From: Nostoc sp.
Lineage (GTDB): Bacteria; Cyanobacteriota; Cyanobacteriia; Cyanobacteriales; Nostocaceae
Reading direction: 5' to 3'
Length of the DNA stretch: 24,000 bases
NCBI RefSeq assembly: GCF_036917755.1
Contig: NZ_JBALFC010000090.1
Span: 46,205 to 70,204 of the forward strand
The position numbers and the translations under genes were made by a program. How positions within the stretch are numbered: position 1 is the stretch's first letter; each line of letters opens with the position of its first letter. The notes beneath the pieces are model-generated. The model was not told the origin of the DNA and ran no database searches. It saw only the letters and a program-made list of their open reading frames with translations. Of the stretch, positions 1 through 6,991 are shown one piece after another.

Positions 1-45
1 ATTGTATTCTTTAATCGTCTCTGTCATCTCAGCTGAATTAGACAT
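1..45 (-). CDS. psaL2: Probable far-red photosystem I subunit PsaL paralog; only the first 15 codons, runs off the left edge
   Basis: Minus-strand ATG at 45..43 follows AGGAGA (58..53) with a 7-nt spacer. The 15 codons MSNSAEMTETIKEYN stay open to the window edge. The ...IKEYN end resembles the conserved PsaL N-terminal xxYNGDPF motif, and psaL2 follows psaB2 in published FaRLiP clusters. Only 15 aa are visible, so the identity is tentative. Confidence 0.4.
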   Translation of the reverse strand, partial: MSNSAEMTETIKEYN

Positions 46-132
46 TATTATTTCTCCTAATTGTCTTAATTAAATACTATCATTAGCGCATAGATTTAGA
101 GTTTTCTTATTCAAAATTAACATAATGTCAAC

Positions 133-166
133 TAAAAAACTCTCCTACCTAAATAGGTAAGAGAGG
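133..166 (-). terminator. Rho-independent terminator or attenuator between psaB2 and psaL2
   Basis: On the minus-strand RNA, CUCUCUUACCU (165..155) pairs with AGGUAGGAGAG (150..140). This gives an 11-bp stem with one G-U pair and a 4-nt loop, followed directly by UUUUUU (139..134). It lies about 113 nt downstream of the psaB2 stop. Confidence 0.55.
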
Positions 167-277
167 AGGTCGAAAACTGAATATTTTTAGCTGAATACTT
201 GCAGATTAGTTACGCATTTTTTGCAAAGAACTAGAATTTGTTGCGTAATTTAAAGTGTAGTTAAACAGCTTTGAAGG

Positions 278-2500
278 TTAACCAAACTTACCTGCTGTTG
301 AGGCGATTAAGAAAGCCCCATAAGTTGCGATATAACCAACAGTAAAGTGAGTTAAGCCGACTAAACGGGCTTGAACAATTGACAGAGCAACGGGCTTATC
401 TCTCCAGTAGCCAAAGGATAGTGGAGTCTGTTCGTGTGCCCAGGCTAAGGTTTCGATTAACTCTTGCCAGTAACCTCGCCAGGTAATTAGGAACATGAAG
501 CTAACAGCCCAAGCTAAGTGTCCAAAGAGGAACATCCAAGCCCAAACAGCTAAGTTATTTGTGCCGTAAGGGTTATAGCCATTAATCAGCTGTGCGGAGT
601 TCGCCCAAAGGTAATCCCTGAACCAGCCCATGAGATAGGTAGAAGACTCATTAAATTGGGCGACATTGCCTTGCCAGATGCAAAGATGTTTCCAGTGCCA
701 GTAGAAGGTGACCCAACCAAGGGTGTTAAGCATCCAAAACACGCCGAGGTAGGAAGTATCCCACGCTGAAATATCGCAAGTGCCACCCCGTCCGGGACCA
801 TCGCAGGGGAAAGCATAGCCGAAGTCTTTTTTATCCGGCATTAGCTTAGTACCGCGAGCATCCAACGCCCCTTTGACTAAGATTAGGGTGGTGACATGTA
901 AACCGAGGGCGATCGCATGATGTACATAAAAATCACCAGGGCCAATTGTCAGGAATAACGAGTTGGTGCCGTTGTTAATTGCATCCAACCAACCTGGTAA
1001 CCAGACATTGCCATGATTGGGCCATGCTGTGGAAGCAATACTATCTGGATTTGACAGCAGCGTGTTAAACCCATACAACAGCTTACCGTTAGCCGACTGA
1101 ATAAACTGAGCAAATACAGGCTCAATCAATATTTGTTTGTCAGCCGCCCCAAAAGCTACTTCTACATCATTGTGGACGTATAAACCCAAAGTATGGAAGC
1201 CCAAGAACATCGATACCCAGCTAAGATGAGAAATAATCGCTTCTTTGTGCTTCAGTACCCGCTCTAAAACATTTCCTTGATTCTGTTCTGGGTCATAGTC
1301 CTTAATCCAGAAGATCGCCGCGTGGGAAAACGCCCCTACCATCAAGAAACCGGCAATGTATTGATGGTGTGTGTATAGTGCCGCCATTGTGGTAAAGTCC
1401 TTAGCGATAAACGCGTAAGGCGGCATGGAATACATATGCTGCGCCGCAAAGGAACTCGCTACACCCAAACAAGCTAGTGCCAAAGACAGTTGAAAATGCA
1501 AAGAATTATTAACGGTTTCGTACAGTCCTTGGTGGGGTAAGTTGAACGGGCCCTCAACTTTATTGCCATAGAAGGTCTTGGAGTCCATCATCTCTTTGAT
1601 GCTGTGACCGATACCCCAGTTAGTACGGTACATATGACCAGCAACAATGAAGATCACAGCGATCGCCAAATGGTGATGCGCCATATCTGTCAGCCACAAA
1701 GATTGAGTCTGGGGATGGAAACCACCCAAAAAGGTGAGAATTGCTGTTCCTGCGCCTTGGGTACTATTAAATACATGGGCTGATGTATCGGGATTTTGCG
1801 CGTATGCCCCCCAGTTCCCAGTAAAGAACGGTACTAAGCCACTTGGGTGTGGTGGGGTAGACAAGAAGTTATCCCAACCTACATGAATACCGCGAGATTC
1901 TGGAATAGCAACGTGTATTAAATGACCAGCCCAAGCTAAGGAACTGACACCAAACAAACCCGCTAAGTGGTGATTGAGACGAGGTTCTGCACTCTTGAAC
2001 CAAGCCAAGCCAGGACGATATTTGGGCTTTAAATGCAACGCGCCTGCAAACAAAAATACAGCCGCCAGGAAAACTAGGAAAATAGCCCCAGCATACAGTT
2101 CATCATTCGTCCGCAACCCGATGGTGTACCACCAGTGATAAACACCGGAGTAGCAAATATCTACCGGGTTACGTGCTCCCGCTTGGGTGTAAGCTTCAAT
2201 TGCCCCTGGCCCAAATTGAGCATCCCAAATCGCGTGAGCAATGGGACGGATATGTATGGGGTCTTTAAGCCAGATTTCAAAATTACCTTGCCAAGCAACG
2301 TGGAACAAAATTCCTGACGCCCACAGAAAGATAATTCCCAGATGACCGAAGTGAGAAGAAAAAATCCTTTGATAAAGATTTTCTTCCGTCATGCCATCTT
2401 GACTTTCAAAATCGTGAGCCGTGGCGATCGCATACCAAACGCGTCGCGTCGTTGGATCTTGTGCAAGGTCTTGGCTAAATTTGGGAAATTTAGTCGCCAT
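278..2500 (-). CDS. psaB2: Photosystem I P700 apoprotein A2, far-red paralog (740 aa)
   Basis: ORF 278..2794 is trimmed to the ATG at 2500, where the conserved PsaB N-terminus [20 protein letters not shown] begins. It carries the FX cluster motif [18 protein letters not shown] and the typical C-terminus ...[14 protein letters not shown]. The paralog number comes from cluster context. Confidence 0.95.
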   Translation of the reverse strand: MATKFPKFSQDLAQDPTTRRVWYAIATAHDFESQDGMTEENLYQRIFSSHFGHLGIIFLWASGILFHVAWQGNFEIWLKDPIHIRPIAHAIWDAQFGPGAIEAYTQAGARNPVDICYSGVYHWWYTIGLRTNDELYAGAIFLVFLAAVFLFAGALHLKPKYRPGLAWFKSAEPRLNHHLAGLFGVSSLAWAGHLIHVAIPESRGIHVGWDNFLSTPPHPSGLVPFFTGNWGAYAQNPDTSAHVFNSTQGAGTAILTFLGGFHPQTQSLWLTDMAHHHLAIAVIFIVAGHMYRTNWGIGHSIKEMMDSKTFYGNKVEGPFNLPHQGLYETVNNSLHFQLSLALACLGVASSFAAQHMYSMPPYAFIAKDFTTMAALYTHHQYIAGFLMVGAFSHAAIFWIKDYDPEQNQGNVLERVLKHKEAIISHLSWVSMFLGFHTLGLYVHNDVEVAFGAADKQILIEPVFAQFIQSANGKLLYGFNTLLSNPDSIASTAWPNHGNVWLPGWLDAINNGTNSLFLTIGPGDFYVHHAIALGLHVTTLILVKGALDARGTKLMPDKKDFGYAFPCDGPGRGGTCDISAWDTSYLGVFWMLNTLGWVTFYWHWKHLCIWQGNVAQFNESSTYLMGWFRDYLWANSAQLINGYNPYGTNNLAVWAWMFLFGHLAWAVSFMFLITWRGYWQELIETLAWAHEQTPLSFGYWRDKPVALSIVQARLVGLTHFTVGYIATYGAFLIASTAGKFG

Positions 2501-2523
2501 AGTTTTCAAAGTTTTGAGATTTT

Positions 2524-2551
2524 CTCGTTCCCAGGCTGAGTCTGGGAATGC
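2524..2551 (-). repeat. TTCCCAG...CTGGGAA hairpin element in the psaB2 leader
   Basis: The minus strand reads GCATTCCCAGACTCAGCCTGGGAACGAG and ends 23 nt before the psaB2 ATG. A near-identical unit (GCATTCCCAGCCTGAGATTGGGAACGAG) lies at 13601..13628, upstream of psbA3. Confidence 0.6.
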
Positions 2552-2702
2552 ACAAAAAGAGGCTGAACCTTCTAAGAAACCAGGGAACAGGAAATGAGGT
2601 TGCCTTCTGGATGAGGAAGATGAGGAAGATGTTAATACTATTTCTCCCCCTGCCCCCTGCTCCCTTGCCTCCTGCCTCCTGGTTAGGCGAACAAAAGGAG
2701 TA

Positions 2703-5069
2703 TCATCCCAATGCCGACATTCGCGCCGAGAAGAACGCCCAAGTGGTGACAATTCCTCCCAAAAGGTAATGAGCGACCCCCACAGCCCGACCATGAGTGA
2801 TGCTCAAAGCGCGAGGCTGAATAGCAGGGGCAATTTTCAACTTGTTGTGCGCCCAAACAATTGATTCGATTAATTCTTGCCAGTAGCCACGACCACTAAA
2901 CAGGAACATCAGACTAAAGCCAAAAACGAAGTGTCCCGCTAAGAACATTAAGCCGTAGCCCGAAAGTGCTGAATTGTAGGATGTGATTACTTGCGTCGCC
3001 TGCGCCCAGAGGAAATCACGCAACCAGCCGTTATTGGTAATCGATGATTGGGCAAAGTTTCCGCCCGTAATGTGCGTCACTACCCCATCTGCATCTACCG
3101 TCCCCCAGACATCCGACTGCATCTTCCAGAAGAAGTGGAAAATCACCATTGACAAGGAGTTATACATCCAGAACAGACCCAGGAAAACATGATCCCAAGC
3201 TGATACCTGGCAAGTACCGCCTCGTCCCGGGCCGTCACAGGGGAAGCGGAAGCCCAAATTAGCTTTATCTGGAACTAAACGCGAACTGCGGGCAAACAAC
3301 ACACCCTTCAGCAGTACTAAAACAGTGACGTGAATTGTGAAGGCGTGAATGTGGTGAATCATAAAATCCGCAGTACCCAAACTAATGGGCATCATCGCCA
3401 CTTTGCCAGCCACTGCCACAATACCGCCGCCCCATGCATAGCTGACAGGTTCGTGCAAATTAGGTGCAGCAGTTCCCAATCCGCCCAGTTCCAGACCCCG
3501 CAAGCCACCGAAAGCATTACCCAGAGGTGCAGCAGCTTGGAGAGCTGGATTTCCGATGGTCATCGTCTGGATGTGTTGTATCCACTGAGCAAACACTGGC
3601 TGCAACTGAATTCCCGTATCCGAGAACATATCTTGGGGACGACCAAAAGCCCGCATGGTGTCGTTGTGACAGTACATCGCAAAGCTATGGAAGCCCAGGA
3701 ATTGACATACCCAAGCTAGGTGGGAGATGATTGCATCGCGGTGGCGGATCGTCCGATCCAACACGTTGTTGACATGGTCGGCTGGATTGTAGTCCCGTAC
3801 CATGAAGATGCCTGCGTGAGCCGCGCCCCCAACAATGCAGAAACCTGCAATCCATACGTGGTGGGTGAATAGCGATGTAACGGTCGCATAATCCGTTGCC
3901 AGATAAGGATAAGGGGGCATCGCGTACATGTGGTGCGCCACAAGGAGGCTGGCTGTCCCAAACTGTACTAGGTGGATAGATAGATTAGCGTGCCAGGAAG
4001 TCTCGAAAATTTTATCGAGGCCTTTATGACCGACAGGCCCAATAAAGCTGAATAATGGCAGCATCTTCGGAGTTCTGGCATCATCGAGCAGTTCCTTGAA
4101 GTCGTGGCCGATGCCCCAATTCGTGCGGTAGAAATGGCCGGCAATGATGAATAGCACTGCGATCGCTAAATGATGGTGTGCTATATCTGTTAACCATAAG
4201 CCGCCCGTCACGGGGTTCAGACCGCCCTTAAAGGTCAGGAAGTCAGCAAAATTTCCCCACTGCAAGGTGAAGAAAGGCACTACACCCGAAACGAAACCCC
4301 AACTTGCACTGGGATAGAGCTGATCCATCAACTTGGAATTCAAGATGAATTCGTGGGGTAAAGGAATGTCTCCTAGAGCTACCCCAGCATCTAACAACTT
4401 GTTAGTTGGTGAGGCAACATGAATCAGGTGTCCTGTCCAACCCAAAGAACCCAAGCCTAAAAGCCCTGCCAGGTGGTGGTTCATCATTGACTCCCAATTC
4501 AGGAACCACTCTAGCTTGGGAGCGCGTTTATGGTAGTGGAACCAGCCAGCAAACAGCATCACTGCTGCCATCACCAAGGCACCAATGGCGGTGCAATATA
4601 GCTGGTAGGTATTAGTAAAACCTTGCCCACGCCACATCTGGAAGAGTCCAGAGGTAATTTGAATACCGTGGAAGCCGCCGCCCACATCTGCATTCAAAAT
4701 TTCTTGACCAAATATCGGCCAGACAACTTGGGCGCTGGGTTTAATGGCAGTCGGGTTCGCCATCCAAGATTCAAAATTGGAAAAGCGAGCGCCATGAAAA
4801 TACATACCGCTCAACCAGATAAAGACTACAGCTAAGTGTCCGAAGTGAGCGGCGAAGATTTTGCGCGATACGTCTTGTAAATCGCTGGTATGAGTATCAA
4901 AATCGTGGGCGAGTGCGTGGAGGTTCCAAATCCAAGTGGTGGTTTTGGGACCTCTGACAAGGGTGCGGTCAAAGTGTCCTGGTTCCGACCACTTCTTAAA
5001 TGAAGTTGCCACCGGATCGTTATCAACCTCAACCCTTACCTTTTGCTCTCGCTCAGGAGTAATTGTCAT
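2703..5069 (-). CDS. psaA2: Photosystem I P700 apoprotein A1, far-red paralog (788 aa)
   Basis: The N-terminus is [16 protein letters not shown]...[12 protein letters not shown] and the FX motif is [26 protein letters not shown] Shine-Dalgarno sits about 8 nt upstream of the ATG at 5069. It is longer than the roughly 750-aa housekeeping PsaA. Confidence 0.95.
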   Translation of the reverse strand: MTITPEREQKVRVEVDNDPVATSFKKWSEPGHFDRTLVRGPKTTTWIWNLHALAHDFDTHTSDLQDVSRKIFAAHFGHLAVVFIWLSGMYFHGARFSNFESWMANPTAIKPSAQVVWPIFGQEILNADVGGGFHGIQITSGLFQMWRGQGFTNTYQLYCTAIGALVMAAVMLFAGWFHYHKRAPKLEWFLNWESMMNHHLAGLLGLGSLGWTGHLIHVASPTNKLLDAGVALGDIPLPHEFILNSKLMDQLYPSASWGFVSGVVPFFTLQWGNFADFLTFKGGLNPVTGGLWLTDIAHHHLAIAVLFIIAGHFYRTNWGIGHDFKELLDDARTPKMLPLFSFIGPVGHKGLDKIFETSWHANLSIHLVQFGTASLLVAHHMYAMPPYPYLATDYATVTSLFTHHVWIAGFCIVGGAAHAGIFMVRDYNPADHVNNVLDRTIRHRDAIISHLAWVCQFLGFHSFAMYCHNDTMRAFGRPQDMFSDTGIQLQPVFAQWIQHIQTMTIGNPALQAAAPLGNAFGGLRGLELGGLGTAAPNLHEPVSYAWGGGIVAVAGKVAMMPISLGTADFMIHHIHAFTIHVTVLVLLKGVLFARSSRLVPDKANLGFRFPCDGPGRGGTCQVSAWDHVFLGLFWMYNSLSMVIFHFFWKMQSDVWGTVDADGVVTHITGGNFAQSSITNNGWLRDFLWAQATQVITSYNSALSGYGLMFLAGHFVFGFSLMFLFSGRGYWQELIESIVWAHNKLKIAPAIQPRALSITHGRAVGVAHYLLGGIVTTWAFFSARMSALG

Positions 5070-5133
5070 TGAAATTCTCCCTTTTCCGTGAAAGAAATGA
5101 GAACTTTACTCTGCTCAAAGTTTCTCTATAAGT

Positions 5134-5177
5134 AGTTAGTTATTAGTTGGTAGTCGCTGACCAACTAATAACTAACT
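5134..5177 (-). repeat. Perfect 18-bp inverted repeat (hairpin) in the psaA2 leader
   Basis: AGTTAGTTATTAGTTGGT (5134..5151) and ACCAACTAATAACTAACT (5160..5177) are exact reverse complements separated by an 8-nt loop. The hairpin lies 65 to 108 nt upstream of the psaA2 ATG and is built from TTAGTTA-type heptamers. Confidence 0.7.
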
Positions 5178-5456
5178 GAAGCAAGAATTTACAACTTTGA
5201 GTTTTGTTTATTGGTAAACTGTTCCACATTGAAGCTGCATAATATCAGAAAGAAAATTCTCTACAAGCTTAGATGCAATAAGAACTTAAGAATGTCTTTC
5301 TGATAAGTTATGCAATTTAGATGAGTTTCAGTTTAATGATTTAACAGCAGAGAAAAAAGCCAGCGATTGACTAACCAGTGACGCTAGATTAGCGAAACAA
5401 AGGTAACTCAAGAGCAATAAGTAGCTGAAAAACTCTTTCTTTGGACGAGAATAGGA

Positions 5457-5483
5457 AATAAAAATGAAGAACCTATGAAGGAA
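5457..5483 (-). promoter_or_regulatory. Candidate FaRLiP box (direct repeat YTTCAT, 11-bp spacing) upstream of psaA2
   Basis: The minus strand reads TTCCTTCATAGGTTCTTCATTTTTATT. It differs by 1 nt over the first 20 nt from the site upstream of chlF (12098..12130). A third TTCAT lies 21 bp further upstream (5496..5500). Confidence 0.45.
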
Positions 5484-5505
5484 AATACTTTCTTAATGAA
5501 AGGTT

Positions 5506-5646
5506 ACATATATAGTAGTCTGCTTTGATTTTTGTTCGCGCAGCGTGGCGTAGCCATAATTATTTGCGTAGGCGGGGAGTGGGGAAGAAGCCTTTTCGGG
5601 GTGTACTGATTTTTTTCAAAAATTAAATACGAGTCCTACTATATGT
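5506..5646. mobile_element. MITE-like insertion of about 141 bp with imperfect terminal inverted repeats
   Basis: The left end ACATATATAGTAGTC (5506..5520) matches the reverse complement of the right end GTCCTACTATATGT (5633..5646), with one AT indel. There is no coding capacity. It lies between the extra CheY gene and the psaA2 control region. Confidence 0.4.
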
Positions 5647-5662
5647 AGTTAACTGTGGTTGA

Positions 5663-6049
5663 TTATCGGTTCCAGCCCAGCACTGCTGAAACTTGGCTAG
5701 CTAGAGTCATTAAATCAAAAGGTTTAGCGATCGCAATTCTCACCCCCAATTTACCAAATTGCTCTAGTTCTTGAGATGATAATGTAGTCGTTAACAAAAT
5801 TACAGGTATATCTTGGGTTACGGAGTTATTCTGTAGTTGGTGCAAAATTGTAGATAAGTCTCTATCGGAGACAAAAGTATCCAGATCCACAAGGATAACA
5901 TCAACTTTTTGCGTCTTTGTTTTAGCGATCGCTTCTTGGCTCGATACCGCCGTCAGTACCTCCCAGCCTTCTACTGTCTCCAAGCAAAGCTGAGTTACTT
6001 CCCGAATAGCATTTTTATTCTCAATCAGTAAGATGCGTCGGGTTTTCAC
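5663..6049 (-). CDS. Single-domain CheY-like receiver, divergent paralog of RfpC with a degenerate acidic pocket (128 aa)
   Basis: GTG start with GGAAGG about 11 nt upstream. It aligns over its whole length with the adjacent RfpC (shared RIL.I, IRE.TQ.CLE, W.V.TA, DVIL.D, LQ.N..TQ.IPVILLT, KP.D..TL..QV). It keeps the acceptor Asp (ILVDLD), the Thr (LLTTT) and the Lys (AIAKPF). The acidic pair is E-N (LLIENKN) instead of D-D, and MPDMDG is replaced by DTFVSDRD. Confidence 0.8.
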   Translation of the reverse strand: MKTRRILLIENKNAIREVTQLCLETVEGWEVLTAVSSQEAIAKTKTQKVDVILVDLDTFVSDRDLSTILHQLQNNSVTQDIPVILLTTTLSSQELEQFGKLGVRIAIAKPFDLMTLASQVSAVLGWNR

Positions 6050-6123
6050 AATTAATATTTACCTTCCAGCTTAGAATCTTCTGGCTTGCGTATATTGCCA
6101 GCTTCTTCTTTTTTTATAGGGTA

Positions 6124-6153
6124 GGCAAAAAATATGAAAAACTAATGAAGAAT
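6124..6153 (-). promoter_or_regulatory. Candidate FaRLiP box upstream of the rfpC paralog
   Basis: The minus strand reads ATTCTTCATTAGTTTTTCATATTTTTTGCC. Two TTCAT units are spaced 11 bp apart (6145..6149 and 6134..6138) and are followed by a T-run. The site lies 75 to 105 nt upstream of the GTG at 6049. Confidence 0.45.
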
Positions 6154-6301
6154 AGATAAGTAAGTAGGCAAGAATAAATTAAACTATGTTACGCAATGTA
6201 AATTTAATTAAATTGGCTCGTAGTAAGCGGCTCCAGCCCGGAAAATCGGGATAGAGGCGCTGACTACAAGCCTTTAATTATTCACGCCTACTTACTTATC
6301 T
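6154..6301. mobile_element. MITE-like element of about 148 bp with perfect 16-bp terminal inverted repeats
   Basis: AGATAAGTAAGTAGGC (6154..6169) and GCCTACTTACTTATCT (6286..6301) are exact reverse complements. The interior is noncoding and contains hairpins. It lies between rfpC and its paralog. Confidence 0.5.
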
Positions 6302-6347
6302 GGCAAAATTCCCTAACAGATCACAAAGAGCAATGAAAATTTCTTTT

Positions 6348-6388
6348 CCCTACTCCCTACTCCCTACTCCCTACTCCCTACTCCCTAT
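6348..6388. repeat. STRR heptamer array CCCTACT x5 plus a partial unit
   Basis: Five exact tandem units span 6348..6382. The array overlaps the last three codons and the TAG stop of rfpC (stop at 6380..6378). Confidence 0.9.
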
Positions 6389-6764
6389 AACTATTAACTA
6401 TCAACGCCTGTGCAACTTGTTCAGACAGAGTAAAGGGATCGTAAGGCTTAGTAATTACTGCCGCCACTTTGAGTTGAGTAAAGTGACGCTGTTCGGCAGC
6501 CTGTGCTTTTGCTGTTAATAAAATCACGGGAATATTTTGGGTTTGAGGATTTGCTTGCAGATTCTCCAATGTCGTCAACCCATCCATATCCGGCATCATT
6601 ACGTCTAAGAGAATCACATCTGGATGTTCACAAGCAGCTTTGAGCAAACCTTCTTTACCAGAACCAGCTGTCACCACTTGCCATTCATTAGCTATCTCTA
6701 GACATATCTGAGTGGTTTCTCGGATATCTTCTTCATCATCAATAATCAAGATACGCTTGTTCAT
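6378..6764 (-). CDS. rfpC: CheY-type single-domain response regulator (128 aa)
   Basis: All canonical receiver residues are present: IIDDEED, ILLDVMMPDMDG, ILLTA and ITKP. It lies immediately downstream of rfpA, as in published FaRLiP clusters. Confidence 0.85.
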   Translation of the reverse strand: MNKRILIIDDEEDIRETTQICLEIANEWQVVTAGSGKEGLLKAACEHPDVILLDVMMPDMDGLTTLENLQANPQTQNIPVILLTAKAQAAEQRHFTQLKVAAVITKPYDPFTLSEQVAQALIVNSYRE

Positions 6765-6958
6765 TTGTTATACCATTTTGGATTTTAAATTTTAGATTTG
6801 CCGAAAGTGTTTTTCATCGTTTATCTATTTAACAAATTCCGTGGGTTTAAGTTGCTTGAGCTTCTATCAAGCGGCAAGTTTTGTGTTGCGGTTAAATCCC
6901 CCGAAGTAATGCGAGTCGGAAACCGTCCCCACAAACTTCTCTTCATTACAAAACTTTA

Positions 6959-6990
6959 CTTCCGACTTCCGACTTCCGATTTCCGACTTC
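6959..6990. repeat. STRR heptamer array CTTCCGA x4.5
   Basis: Tandem units run from 6959 and end 1 nt from the rfpA stop codon (6994..6992). Confidence 0.85.
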
Positions 6991-6991
6991 T

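Noticed and set aside
126-131. TTGACA as a -35 element for an internal psaL2 promoter
   Set aside because: The best -10 candidate at 16-17 nt spacing (TAAGAA) is weak. It is mentioned only as context for the terminator and is not called as a feature.
2501-2794. The N-terminal 98-aa extension of the psaB2 track ORF (838 aa, starting at 2794)
   Set aside because: The extension overlaps the 3-prime end of psaA2 and runs through low-complexity repeat DNA (SSSSSSS, QGAGG). The universally conserved PsaB N-terminus [10 protein letters not shown] begins at the ATG at 2500. The frame is open upstream only by chance.
586-5032. Numerous 60-130 aa ORFs inside psaB2 and psaA2, on either strand
   Set aside because: All are nested in the two large, unambiguously conserved reaction-centre genes and lack independent support.
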